Assembly (NCBI GenBank): GCA_964016885.1
Contig: OZ024761.1
Span: 17,794,001-17,858,000 of the forward strand
Length of the DNA: 64,000 bases
Direction of reading: 5' to 3'
From: Eledone cirrhosa
Lineage: Eukaryota
In this document: piece by piece, positions 11,940 to 24,255 of the stretch
Position numbering within the stretch: position 1 is the first letter of the stretch
How the letters are laid out: each line of letters starts with the position of its first letter
Translations under genes and position numbers: made by a program
Notes under the pieces: model-generated
The model's input: the letters and a program-made list of their open reading frames with translations, nothing else
The model's database searches: none
Told to the model about the DNA's origin: nothing

Positions 11940-14900
11940 GCTTAGAAAGGATGGCAGAATAAGAGTAGTAGAGAACTCTATCGGGTAGCTAGGAGAGAAG
12001 CTAGACAACAAGTATACGTTGCAAAGAGGGAAGCAGAGGATCATAAGTTCAAGCATATTCTACGTGAGGACCAAAGACGTGATGTGTTCAGGATTGCGAG
12101 GCAATGTGTCAAGGAGAATTGTGATATTGATGGGGAGACGTGCGTCCATAATGACGATGGTATACTCGCCCTCACTGATACTGATATTGGAAGTGTCACT
12201 ACGAGAGACTACTGAATGAGGAGAATTAATGGAATAAAGATAGTCTGCCCCACATTTATCCAACAGGAGGACCAGCTGTGCAAGTTAATGGTAGTATAGT
12301 AAGTAAGGCAATCAGAGATATGAAGACAGGCAAGGCAGCTGGGCCTTTGGAGATAGTTACTGAAATGTTGAAGGTATCTGGAATGGTCACCTGGATAGTA
12401 AACCAAGTAATACAGAATGGGGTCATACCAAATGACTGGCATAGCAGCAGCATCGTCAACTGTTACAAGGGCAAAGGAGACACTCTGGACAGAGGAAACT
12501 ATAGGGGCATTAACCCTTTAGCATTCGCATTAATTTTCAAATGTCATGCTCATCTGGTCGCATTATTTTGAGTTAATCATACTCAAGAGGGTTGTGAAGT
12601 TTATTTGTTTGTAATTTTCTTAATTTTCTGTGTGCAGGCTTGAAATTTTGTCGGTAGATGTTTAAATATCAATAATATACAATTATATAATTTTACCTGA
12701 TTTTTTTGGTCAAATTTGACTTTTATGGGCAGGTGAAATTAATTAATAGGGGCATTTGAAGTATCAACCAGGTGCAAATACTGGTTTAATTTTAAATACG
12801 TTGTTTTCAGCATAATACTTGATATATAAGGATCACTAAACCTTATATCAGTGTTCCAGTAATTCCAGTCTTGGAAATTGTTTTATACCGAACATAATAT
12901 TTACGGTAAAAAATGCTTGCATTTCCGCAGCATCTGTCGGTCGCCAAACAGATCGGGTTTTCCTCAAATTGAAATCTTTTGTTGGGCATATCGATTAATC
13001 TCTTCTGCCACAACTTCGAAGAAAGTTAGTGGTAAAAACAAAAAGAAATAATCCAGTGCTTTAGCATCGGGAGCTAATGTGTGTTGTGGACCAGTATTTT
13101 GAATAAAATCAGGAACATATATTGGTGTGGTATTTTTCAACCACGTTGCTGTAATATTTTCAATGGCGTCCTGGAGATCTCCGTTTTCACTTTGAAAACA
13201 ACAATCATCGTCGGATGAAATTTCAGAAATGTAAACATCTGATTCATTTGAAGATAAATCACTAATATTATCTTTTGTTTCTTGTTCATTCTGAATGTCG
13301 TCGTGTGTAAAACCTTCAAGGTCGGTATCGCTACCGATTTCACAAGCAATGTTGATACAGAAAAAATCTGTTCTACTTTCAACATAAAAAAAACACATGT
13401 TGTTTTAAGTTGTTTCACTATATTAAGTGTTAATTTTCGTGGTAAGGGCCTAATCTCACAGTAATCTCGAATTGACGAAATTTTGATGATGGTTTGTTTA
13501 TTTTTAGAACGATATTTTAGTATGGGTGTTATCAGCCGGTTTTGGGCAGTTTGAACAAATGAAGGGGAAATATTTTCGGCCGGTTTAGGGCAGTTTGAAC
13601 ACTAAAGGGTTAAATTAGTTGACCAGGTCATGAAAGTCACAGAAAGAGTTATTACTCAACTGATTAAGGACCAAATTGATCTAGATGAAATGCAGTTTGG
13701 GTTTGTGCCAGGTAAAGTACCACGGATGCTCTTTTCCTTGTACGGCAACTACAGAAGTACCTAGCTAACAGTAAAGCCCTCTACTTAGCTTTGGTTGACC
13801 TGGAGAAGGCTCTTGACAGAGACCCACGCACCTTAATCTGGTGGGCTCTTAGAAAACTAGGAGTGGAAGAATGGCATGTGAGAGCTATACAAGCCATGTA
13901 TAGAGGAACAGTCAGTAAGGTTAGAATTAACAATGAATATAATGAAGAATTTAGCATAATAGTAGGGGTTCACCAAGGCTCCGCCCTTAGCCCCCTCCTG
14001 TTTATTATTGTCCTACAGGCTATAACAGAAGGGTTTAAGACTGGCTGCCCATGGGAACTTCTATATGCAGATGATCTAACTCTCATAGCTGAATCCATGG
14101 CTGAACTAGAGAAGTTCCAAACATGACAGCATGGCCTAGAATCAAAAGGCCTTAGAATCAACTTGTCTAAGACTAAAGTTCTAGTATGTAAAAAGGAGAA
14201 TAAGACACAGGTGCCCTCTGGGAAATGGCCATGCTCAGTGTGTAAGAAAGGAGTGGGTAGAAATTCCATTTTATGTCCCAAATGCAAACTATGGGTACAT
14301 AAAAGATGTAGTGGAATCACAGGTAAACTATCTAAGAATGTAGATTTTATGTGGCCAATGCTCAGGTGCAGTAAGTAGCAAGGACCCACTGGATGCTATC
14401 TCCTTCAACTGCCCAGATGGTTCTATAGAAATAGTAGACACTTTCCGTTATCTGGGTGACAAAATCAGCAGTGGAAGAGGGTGCTCTGAAAGAGTAATAG
14501 CCAGAGTTAGAACGGGATGGAAAAAGTTCAGAGAGCTAATACCGCTGTTGGCCACAAGGGGATTTTCTCTAAAAGTGAAAGACAGATTGTATGATGCTTG
14601 TATACAAACGGCGATATTATATGGTAGTGAGACCTGGGCGTTGTGTGCTGAAGACTTGTGTAGATTAGAAAGAAATGAAGCTTGCATGCTCCAATGGCTG
14701 TGTAATAGTAATGTGTGCAAACGACGAAGCATAAACGAATTGAGAGAGAGAGACTAAGCATAAGAGGTATCAAATGTTGTGTTCTGGAGAGGAGATTGAG
14801 TTGGTACGGTCATGTGATGCGTATGAAGGACAGCTGTATAAAAAAGTGCAGGACAATGAAAATTGATGGAAACTACGCAGTGGGTAGACCAAGAAAAACC

Positions 14901-14960
14901 TGGGACCAGGTGATAAAAACTGACCTTGCTCACTTACACCTCTCTAAGACAATATCTTAG
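11940..14960 (+). mobile_element. Decayed RTE-clade LINE fragment
   Basis: KTGKAAGP, IPNDW, YKGKGD, NYRGI, DLEKA, GVHQGSALSP and YADD motifs, with frameshifts. Confidence 0.93.
12514..13609 (-). mobile_element. Internally deleted piggyBac-like transposon nested in the RTE
   Basis: TTAA duplicated at 12510-13 and 13610-13; CCCTTTAG TIRs; ORF with LDYFFLF..FFEVVAEEINRYAQQ (piggyBac transposase N-terminal motif); excision restores NYRGIKLVDQ. Confidence 0.88.
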
Positions 14961-15310
14961 GTATATATATATATATATATATATACCTTAAAATAAAAAC
15001 ATTGCCTAATGCCAACCTCATTTACAGTGTGGGCTGGGTGCCTTTCATTGTGGCAACATGACCACTTTACAGTGTGTACTGAGTGCTTTTTGTTGTGAGA
15101 CCTACACGCCCACTTTACAGTGAGTACTGGGTGATTTTTGTTGACACCTACACGGCCAGTTTACAGTGTGGGCAGGGTGCTTTTTATCATGGCACCTACA
15201 CTGCCACTTTTCAGTGTGTACTGGGTGCCTTTTATCATAGCACCTAAACAGCCACTCTACGGTGTGTACTGGGTGCTTTTTGATGTGACATATATATACG
15301 ATATATTTAC

Positions 15311-15393
15311 CCGTCTTTCATTCGGCTTCAAAATACCATTTTCAGGTTTTACTGTCAAAACACTGCTTTCAGCAAGTAGGGTCTCTTCAGAAT
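15311..15393 (-). CDS. CEP192: Cep192 coding exon 23
   Basis: ttctag / GTAAAT, phase 1/0, LTVKPENGILKPNE. Confidence 0.85.
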
Positions 15394-15670
15394 CTAGAAG
15401 TTGACAAAATTAGAGATTAGATTACATGCAATATGTTAATAGGTAGAGAAATACAACACACAGCATACAGGAATCAGAAATAGAAATAACAGCAACATAG
15501 CCATCAAATCACAATCCCAAAGTCTTAAGAAAAGGAAGGACACATTACATAGTAAACTCTGGGATATAATGAGGTCTATAAAATGTTGACGTGCTATAAA
15601 ATGTTATGTGTGTGAGTATATATATATATATATATATTGGAAAATGTGTGTAATCCTTGGTACAGTTAGG

Positions 15671-15920
15671 TATATTAAGACAGGGGGGAAGAAAAAATGG
15701 CTTCACTTGTGCTTTCAACAAATTTATTTTCTTCACAAAATCCAAAAAGAATTTTTTTCCGGATTAGAAAAAAAAATTTTTTTTTCCATAAAAATTTTTT
15801 TTAAGAAAAAAAAAAGTTTTTTCTAATCCGTAAAAAAATTCTTTTTGGATTTTGTGAAGAAAATAAATTTGTTGAAAGCACAAGTGAAGCCATTTTTTCT
15901 TCCCCCCTGTCTTAATATAT
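15671..15920. repeat. ~105-bp-arm inverted repeat flanked by (TA)n
   Basis: TATATTAAGACAGGGGGAAG... / ...CTTCCCCCTGTCTTAATATA. Confidence 0.85.
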
Positions 15921-15936
15921 ATATATATATATATAT

Positions 15937-16220
15937 CAATTCTCAGACTGGGTGATGTGTTGTTTCCTTGAGCAAGACACTTTATTTCACATTGCTCCAG
16001 TTTACTCAGCTGTAGAAATGAGATGATAGGGACTGGGGTCCCTATCATTCCACTGCAAAGTGGTTGTGGAGGTGCCACGGCAAAAAAGCACCCAGCACTC
16101 ACTGTAAATGAGGTTGGTGTTAGGAAGGGCATCCAGCTGTAAAAATCAAGCCAGCATCAGTTCCCGTCCCACCCTTGCAAGCAGGGAAAAAGCGGACGTA
16201 AAAATGAAATGAAAATGAAA
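15937..16220 (+). mobile_element. SINE family A, 5'-truncated
   Basis: Near-identical to 7275-7613. Confidence 0.9.
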
Positions 16221-16603
16221 AATAGCCATCAAATCACAATCCCAAAGTCTTAAGAAAAGGAAGGACACATTACATAATAAACTCTGGGATATAATGAGGT
16301 CTATAAAATGTTGACGTGCTATAAAATGTTATGTGTGTGTGTGTGTGTATATATATATATAATCTTTATGTAAGTAAGGCAATATTATAATACCTCAAGG
16401 TACGTTTTTAAATCTACATATCATTTGCTCTATACATATGTACAAAATACTAGTTTGTTTCTCAACTGATATATCCATGTATATATCGTTTATAAATATA
16501 TTATATTATAGATGCTCTGAACAGAAGTTTATTCAGCTTTTTACTGAGGAACATTATTGATAAATATTTTATATATATTGATAAAACCTAAAATTAACAT
16601 ATA

Positions 16604-16649
<46 letters not shown>

Positions 16650-16934
16650 CAGTAAGTCCTCAACTTACAAACGAGTTACGTTCCAAGAGGCTGTTGGTTA
16701 GTTGATTTGTTCGTAAGTTGATTGTCTAATACATTACATATCAGTAAGCCTATATATGTTACATTGATACTGCAGGTTTGTATATGAGATATATATATAT
16801 AGTATATAGAGATACATGCACACACGTATATATATATATATATATATGCAAAAGGTAAACAGAAGTAACAAAGCAAACAACACAGTACAATGAAGAAATA
16901 TAATATTTTGACATTTGATATAGTAGGAAAAGAG

Positions 16935-16970
16935 TCTTTATATTTCAGAAACTAGTCCTTCATCAGAAGA
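16935..16970 (-). ncRNA. Very short hammerhead-like motif (second family)
   Basis: TCTT-CTGATGA-AGGACTAGTTTCT-GAAA-TATA-AAGA; a decayed relative lies near 18085-18120. Confidence 0.45.
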
Positions 16971-17147
16971 TATAATGAGAAAGATGAACTGAAAAGAAAG
17001 AGAGTAAGAAGAAGGGACGTGCAGATTCAGTCAGATATATGCACACACACACACATACACACACACACGCACGCATATACACACACACACACACACACAC
17101 ACGCACGCATATACACATCCACACATTCAGTTAATTTTTTTCCTTGC

Positions 17148-17310
17148 CTGTAAAGACTTTGATACAGAAGAAACCATCACGGAAACCAACATTTCTAAGA
17201 GAAAACATCTGTTTTACAGGTGGCGTTGTGGTCTGTTCCACTTCCAACACACCAGAAGTGGGTTCTACAAGTCGTACATCACTTTTGGCACCGTAACCCA
17301 ACAACGGAAT
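17148..17310 (-). CDS. CEP192: Cep192 coding exon 22 (GC donor)
   Basis: ttttag acceptor, IPLLGYGAKSDVRL...LRNVGFRDGF; AG|GCAAGG donor gives the required phase 1. Confidence 0.88.
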
Positions 17311-17486
17311 CTAAAATAGAAAGAGACAGAAAGATAGATACAGATTAGATTAGGAGGAGACCACAGATAAAAAAAGGTACTCGATATGTTAGTAGAGTAT
17401 AGACATATTTAGCGTAGAAGAACGGACGTAAACCGGTGATGATGATGATGATATGATGAAATGAGTTCTACATGACAAGAACTGGT

Positions 17487-17932
17487 TCATCATCATCATC
17501 ATTTTACGTCCGCTTTTCCCTGCTTGCTAGGGTGGGATGGGAACTGATTCTGGGTTGATTTCTACAGCTGGATGCCCTTCCTAACACCAACCTCATTTAC
17601 AGTCAGTGCTGGGTGCTTTTTTTGCCGTGGCACCTCCACGACCACTTTGCAGTGGAATGATAGGGACCCCAGTGTTGTGTCCTTGAGCAAGACACTTTAT
17701 TTCACATTGCTCCAGTTTACTCAGCTATAGAAATGAGATGTTAGGGACTGGGGTCCCTATCATTCCACTGCAAAGTGGTTGTGGAGGTGCCATGGCAAAA
17801 AAGTACCCAGCACTCACTGTAAATGAGGTTGGTGTTAGGAAGGGCATCCAGCTGTAGAAATCAAGCCAGAATCAGTTCCCGTCCCACCCTTGCAAGCAGG
17901 GAGAAAGTGGACGTAAAATGAAATGATGATGA
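17487..17932. mobile_element. Inverted pair of SINE family A halves, tails pointing outward
   Basis: Minus copy 17487-17672 joined directly to plus copy 17673-17932. Confidence 0.85.
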
Positions 17933-18166
17933 CAGCATGGAAAATGGACGTTAAACGATGATGATGATATATATATATATATATATGTGTGGGTGTGTGT
18001 GTAAAAGGTAAACAGAAATAACACAATCGGTACAATATATGGAAGGAATATATTAGTTTAACATTTGAAATAGGAGGAAGACTGTCTTAACGTTTTAGAC
18101 ACTAGTCCTTCATCAGAAAAAAAGACTAGCGTCTGAAACATTATATGTCATATATGAGGTACTTAC

Positions 18167-18331
18167 CACAAGTTTGAATGAACCACCAGAAGACATAAAT
18201 ATGTTAATCTTTCCCTTGACATAACAAGACTGTGTTGGGTAGAAGACAACAGTGATGGGGTAGATCTCGTTCGGTGGAATCACTATACTCTTTGACTCCG
18301 ACAACAGGCCGTGGAATTTCATCACACAAAA
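18167..18331 (-). CDS. CEP192: Cep192 coding exon 21
   Basis: ttgcag / GTAAGT, phase 0/0, IPPNEIYPITVVFYPT. Confidence 0.88.
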
Positions 18332-18374
18332 CTGCAAAATATGGAGAGAAAAATTTACATTATTTTCATTTTAA

Positions 18375-18494
18375 CCCTTTTGTTAACAATAATATACACA
18401 CCCACGATATTTTAGTGTAGGTGTTTTCGGGTGGTTTGAACAAATGAAGGGGAAATAATTTTGGGCACTTTCGGGCAGTTTCAACACTAAAGGG
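18375..18494. mobile_element. Short piggyBac-type MITE
   Basis: TTAA on both sides; right end matches 13510-13609. Confidence 0.75.
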
Positions 18495-18929
18495 TTAAAT
18501 GATAAAAATGGTTTCTGATTTATGCACAAGGCCAACAATTTTTTTTTTTCAGGAGTGATTAATAAAAGCACCCAGTCTACCCTGGAAAGCGGTCATATTG
18601 GTGTCTCGGCAAAAAGCAGCCAGCCCACCCTGTAAAGTGGTCATGTAGGTGACATGACAAAAAGCACCCAGTCCACACTATAAAGCGATTGTATAGGTGC
18701 CATAATAAAAAGTACTCAGTACACACTGTAAATGTGGTTGGCATTAGGAAAGGTATCCAGCTGTAGCAACCAAGCCAGAATCAGTTTTGTATGAGCAAGA
18801 CACTGATACCTCATCTGATTTGTCTCATAACAGGACAACACATCAAACCCATGCTAGCATGGAAAAATGGGTGTTAAACAGTGATGATGATGATCAATGA
18901 CAATAAGATCAATAACAAAGAAATCTTAC

Positions 18930-19014
18930 CTTGAAAGAATTCAGATCAGAGTTAATAAACAGATTAAGCTTGGCAGTTAAGTTGGAGCCATTCTTTAAAT
19001 TTAGAGAAATTTCT
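18930..19014 (-). CDS. CEP192: Cep192 coding exon 20
   Basis: ttccag / GTAAGA, phase 2/0, LNLKNGS...SFK. Confidence 0.85.
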
Positions 19015-19187
19015 CTGGAAAAAAAGAGGAAAAGGGACATTTTTTAACATCACATTGTAGATAGGAACAACCTTACCTTCTGAGTTCAAATCAACTGAGA
19101 TTAACTTTACCTGTCATCCTTACGGGGTTGATAAAATAAAGTACCAGTAATGTACTGGGTTAATTGCTGGCCTTGTGCCCAAAGTAG

Positions 19188-19189
<2 letters not shown>

Positions 19190-19218
<29 letters not shown>

Positions 19219-19540
19219 TTTACGTCCACTTTTCCCTGCTTGCAAGGGTGGGACGGGAACTGATTCTGGCTTGATTTCTACAGCTGGATGCCCTTCCTAA
19301 CACCAACCTCATTTACAGTGAGTGCTGGGTGCTTTTTTGCCGTGGCACCTCCACGACCACTTTACAGTGGAATGATAGAGACCCCAGTCCCTATCATCTC
19401 ATTTCTACAGCTGAGTAAACTGGAGCAATGTGAAATAAAGTGTCTCGCTCAAGGAAACAACACATCACCCGGTCTGAGAATTGAACTCACAACCTTTCGA
19501 TTGCAAGGCCAATGCTCTAACCACTAAGCCATGTGCCTCC
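19190..19540 (-). mobile_element. SINE family A, full length
   Basis: Near-identical to 7275-7613. Confidence 0.9.
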
Positions 19541-20162
19541 AGAAATATTATTATTATTATTATTATTACAACTTCATTAGGGAGGGTGGGTTGGCAGTAT
19601 CGGCAGAGCGTCGGACAACATGCTTTGCAGTATACAGTTTCATCCTTTTACATTCTGAGTTCAAATCCTGCCGAGGCTAGCTTTGCCTTTCATCCTTAGG
19701 GCAAAGCTAACTTTGGTGGGATGTGAACTCAGAACGTAAAGGGTCGTAACCATATACCACAATGGATGTCTGGTGCACTAATGATTCTGACAATCCACGA
19801 TTAAAATAATAATTGTTTCTACTTTAGGCACAAGTCCAGCAATTTGAAGGGGGAGGAGTAAGACGATTAAATCAACACCAGTGCATTACTGGTGCTTAAT
19901 TCTATCGACCCTGTAAGGATGAAAGGCAAAGTTAACCTTGGTGGGATTTGAACTCAGAATGCAAACTTATAGTAATAGTAATAATAATAGTTTTCTTTAT
20001 TAACCACAAAGGGTTTACATCAAGAAAAACATTATGACAGTACAGTGTGTGTTTGTGTGTTGGTTTTGCAAGTAAACAAATTTTAACAATGTAAAACAAA
20101 AAGATAATAAAATTAAAACAAAGAAGGATCCTCAATAATAAAGGTAAAAAAATGATGCTTAC

Positions 20163-20306
20163 TTCTTATCGCCCAGCGCGACACCACCAAAGTTGAGGTC
20201 TGTGAGGTTTGAGACAATCTTGGATTTCAACTTATTAGTTATAACTTCTCCGAGGACTGGGATTCCATAAGCGGGTCCAGAAGGTTCCAAATACATCACC
20301 AGTTCC
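20163..20306 (-). CDS. CEP192: Cep192 coding exon 19
   Basis: cacag / GTAAGC, phase 2/2, EPSGPAYGIPVLGE...LNFGGVALG. Confidence 0.88.
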
Positions 20307-20749
20307 CTGTGTGGGGGTAGGATAACACATAAACAGATACAGTTGATATGTAATGGTGAAGTGAGGATTATACAGTGGAGGAGGGTGGAAGAAGATGAGC
20401 AGGAGGGTATGGTGGTGGGGGAAAAAGGAATATGAAGTAGTGAGGAGGTGGAGGAGAGCAATAATATAATAGTAATGGTTTCTGATTTAGGCACAAGGTA
20501 AAAGATTTGAGAGGAAGGGAAAGTCGATTAAATCGTCCCCAGTGCATTACTGGTGCTTTATTTAATTGACCCTGTAAGGATGAAAGGCAAAACTAACCTT
20601 AGTGTGGTTTAAACTCTGAACTAAAGGGACAAACTATATGCCGCTCAGCACGTTTTCCAATGATAATAATAAAGAATACTTTTTTTTTAAATGTTTAGTC
20701 AGGAAGCAAGAGGATTTGGAGTGGGGGTGGAGATAATGGGGTCACTGCA

Positions 20750-20960
20750 AGGTCAACGAGGTCAGTGTGATAGTTCAGTATGAGGTCAACATGAAAGGTC
20801 AGCATTTGGAGCTGGTGTGAGAGATTAACATATGGTAAAAACATGAGGTCAGTGTGACAGTTCAACATGAGGTCAGTGTGACAGTTCAACATGAGGTCAG
20901 TGTAATAGGTCAACACGAGGTCAGTGTGACAATTCAACATGAGTGGTCAACATAAGAAGT
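20750..20960. repeat. 24-bp minisatellite
   Basis: CATGAGGTCAGTGTGACAGTTCAA units. Confidence 0.85.
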
Positions 20961-21298
20961 CAATATGAGATCAACACAAGAGGTTTGTCAGAAGCTACTG
21001 GGAGGTGAATGTGAGTTCAAAGCTACAAATCAATACAGTAGATCAGAGGTTCAGAAGTGGGCATTACCACCCCCACCAGGGAGCACTGAGGCCTAAAAGG
21101 AGGTGGGCGTGGTAGAGAAAAAGGGGACGTTGGGAGGAACAGAGAGACTGTGTCATTCTGCCCATGCAAGTGAATATTATTATAGTATTGTATACATATA
21201 ATATAATAGTATATTAAATATTTAAATGATACATATTATATATATAGTAAAATAAAAAAGATATATTTATTTATACATAGTATATATTATATTATTTA

Positions 21299-21829
21299 CT
21301 AGCAGTGGTACCCGGCATTGCACGGGGTAAGGTATTTTGGAAGGCAGGCCGCCAACAGACCTAATCGTGGAAAAACTGCATGCCTGGACAATATGTAAAG
21401 AAAATACACCGAATACTCTGATGGCTGGATAATCTTTAAGATTTTCCTCAATGAAGCAGGAAAAATTTTCACCTAATGTGGGCCCTAAGGGATCAAGAAA
21501 ATGAATTTTTTTTATGTGCATAATATGCCTTGAAATTTCAGGAAAATCGGGTAGATGTAACACATCCAAAGAGCCTTAAAAAAACTGAAAAAATGAAGTT
21601 TTTCACCTAATGCGGGCTCTAGGCCATAAAAAAGTTGGATTTTCTTTGCTCACCGTATGAAGAAGAGACTGACTAATACATAGTTACAATTTCAAGGAAA
21701 TAACACTCCCTGAAACATTAGTAATACACATGTAAAGTTTGAAAAAAATCGGTTGGGTACTTCTCGAGTTTTAGGGTTTCAAACTCACAGACACACACAC
21801 ACAGACATCTTCAGTTTTATATATATAGA
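21299..21829 (-). mobile_element. Non-autonomous Helitron-like element
   Basis: A|TC 5' end; 3' hairpin CCCGTGCAATGCCGGG then CTAG|T. Confidence 0.8.
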
Positions 21830-22028
21830 TTATATATAAATTAACGATTCTATTTATTATATATTATTTACAATTTTTGTGTAGGCAGCTCTCTCTAGAA
21901 ATATTGCTGAGGGGGGGGGGGGGGGTATTACATGGCGTGAGGGGGGGGGGGTCCAAAAGTTTGAGAACCTCTGCAAGTAGATCAATTTGAAGAGAGAAAT
22001 ATTTTAGAAAAAAAAAAGGGTCACTCAC

Positions 22029-22243
22029 ATGTTGTATAATTTGACCGATTCATCAGTTGGTTGGAATTTAATATCTACATTGGCCACCTGACCAACAGAT
22101 ATTGTCCTCTGGTTACTGTCCAAGCTGAAGACGCTCTCGTTTTTATTGACATACAGACTGACAGTGAGGTCAAATGTACCAGAGTTTAACAGGGTCACCT
22201 TGTGATTACAGGTCATTGTTAACGAAGTCTCCATCTTGATGAG
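22029..22243 (-). CDS. CEP192: Cep192 coding exon 18
   Basis: caccag / GTGAGT, phase 0/2, VTLLNSG...IKFQP (ASH-like). Confidence 0.85.
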
Positions 22244-22914
22244 CTGGTGAAAGTAGCAATGGTGAAATAAGAAGATATTTTATAAAACAACACAATAGTA
22301 ATAATACTTGTTTTTTACTTTTGGCACAAGGCCAGCAATTATCCCAGTGCATTACTGGTACTTTACTTCATCGACCCCGTAAGGATAAAAGGCAAAGTTA
22401 ACCTCAGCGGGATTTGAACCTAAACCATAAAGGGCCGTAACTCTATGCTGCAATGCACGGCGTCCGAACCTCTACCGATTCTGCCAATCCACCGGTACTT
22501 TCTTATATTCATATATTCTAGAATATAAGTCAACAACACCCTCCAATTTTATGTTGAAATTAATGCAAGATTTTACAGCTCTAGCATCACTCCATCATAG
22601 TCAGTCGATCACCAAGATACTCTCATGGAATGACCAAATGAGGTTTATTTTTCAACATAGTCCCCAGAAAGAACCAATGCAGTTATTAATAAGAAAAGTC
22701 GAAATTAATGCATGCAAGATTTCACAGTTCTAGCATCACTACTTCATAATCAACCTATGAACTTTTCAGCCGACCCTTGCAACTTAGTAAAACTTGCTCC
22801 GTGGTCGGGTCATCTAGGATTAGACCAGCAAACCCTCTCCTCTCTCACACCCCAGCCCAGCAAGCCTTCTAGGGAGTTAAACAACACCAACAGCAAACAT
22901 ATATATTTACTTAC

Positions 22915-23051
22915 ATCGACTCCATTGACAATCTGTAACTTGAAGATGCCAGCCACCACGTCGAGGTTGATGATAGCGAGAGGTGGCAGAGATTTAGGAA
23001 CATCCAACTGTATTTCAAGAAGTCCAGCGAGTGAGACAGACTTACTGTTGT
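22915..23051 (-). CDS. CEP192: Cep192 coding exon 17
   Basis: atttag / GTAAGT, phase 1/0, LEIQLDVP...VVAGIFKL. Confidence 0.85.
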
Positions 23052-23091
23052 CTAAATAGTGAAAGATAAACATAAGAAATGGAAAAACAGC

Positions 23092-23154
<63 letters not shown>

Positions 23155-23272
23155 GCAAAAGTTTTATTTAAAATTGTTGGGTTACAACAAGTAAATATTT
23201 TATAACTGATATAAAGCACTCGACAAGTTTTTGGAGTAGATATACGATATTAAACAAATGGAAACTATATTT

Positions 23273-23336
23273 ATTTCATTATACATATTTCGGGGATACC
23301 ATATTAAAAATATGGCATGCCTTCGTCAGATAAAAT
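23273..23336 (-). ncRNA. Minimal type I hammerhead ribozyme motif (inverted copy)
   Basis: Reverse complement of 23450-23513 in the other arm of the palindrome. Confidence 0.75.
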
Positions 23337-23449
23337 ACAATATATAAACAGTTTTATAAATAATTTTGACGTACCATAAATATGAGCTTCCTACATAATG
23401 GTCGCTCATTATTACGTCAAAATTATTTATAAAACTGTTTATATATTGT

Positions 23450-23513
23450 ATTTTATCTGACGAAGGCATGCCATATTTTTAATATGGTATCCCCGAAATA
23501 TGTATAATGAAAT
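23450..23513 (+). ncRNA. Minimal type I hammerhead ribozyme motif
   Basis: ATTTTAT-CTGACGA-stem II-GAAA-TATGTA-TA-ATGAAAT; stem I pairs. Confidence 0.75.
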
Positions 23514-23800
23514 AAATATGGTTTTATAAATATAGTTTCCATTTGTTTAATATCGTATATATATATATATATATATTAGAAAGTGAGGTTTTTTTTACAA
23601 ATTGAAAAATAACCGAGGTGTCCTACACGAGTGAAAGTATAAAGAAAAAGAGATGAAATCGAAAATGCAACTGGAGTCTTATTTTTTTTTTAAATATATT
23701 TATTTGGTTCCTTTACCGGTTTCGCAGTTCTTCTGCTTTTCAAAAGTAGAGTTGAGATGGAGGGTCTGTGGTTTTTCTCACATATATATATATATATTCT

Positions 23801-23847
<47 letters not shown>

Positions 23848-24167
23848 AAGCTTCTACAGGACTAGAACTGTTCTGCTATGTATTGAGTACCTTACTTACT
23901 GTGGTTACCCCCGACTGAACCCGGAATAACATATATATATATATATATATATGTAGAAGTTATATTTAATTTGTTGGGATTCCAACCTCTCTCTTCTTCC
24001 CACAGCGTAATTTAAATAAACGGTTTTTTTTTCAATTTTTCGGACATTCATTTGCATATTCACACATAACTTTGAATTACCCTTAATAAATTTTCACTAT
24101 CCAGCGAATTTTCAACCATCAAGGTTGTTTTCCATGGTTATGTCACTATTTATAAAACAAATTTTGT

Positions 24168-24227
24168 ATTTTATCTGATGAAAGCACACCAAGATTGGCA
24201 TTGTCGCCCTTGAAATATATATAAAAT
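24168..24227 (+). ncRNA. Degenerate hammerhead motif, single copy
   Basis: ATTTTAT-CTGATGA-...-GAAA-TATAT-ATAAAAT; weak stem II and short stem III. Confidence 0.45.
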
Positions 24228-24255
24228 AATTATGGTTTTATAAATATATATATAT

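Larger units (their letters stand above)
23240..23560. mobile_element. Palindromic hammerhead-bearing element (Penelope-like pLTR derivative)
   Basis: ~135-bp inverted arms with a ~40-nt spacer, one hammerhead per arm, (TA)n flank. Confidence 0.65.

Noticed and set aside
15671-15920. Hammerhead in the 15.7-kb palindrome
   Set aside because: No CTGANGA and no convincing GAAA-stem III-NUH
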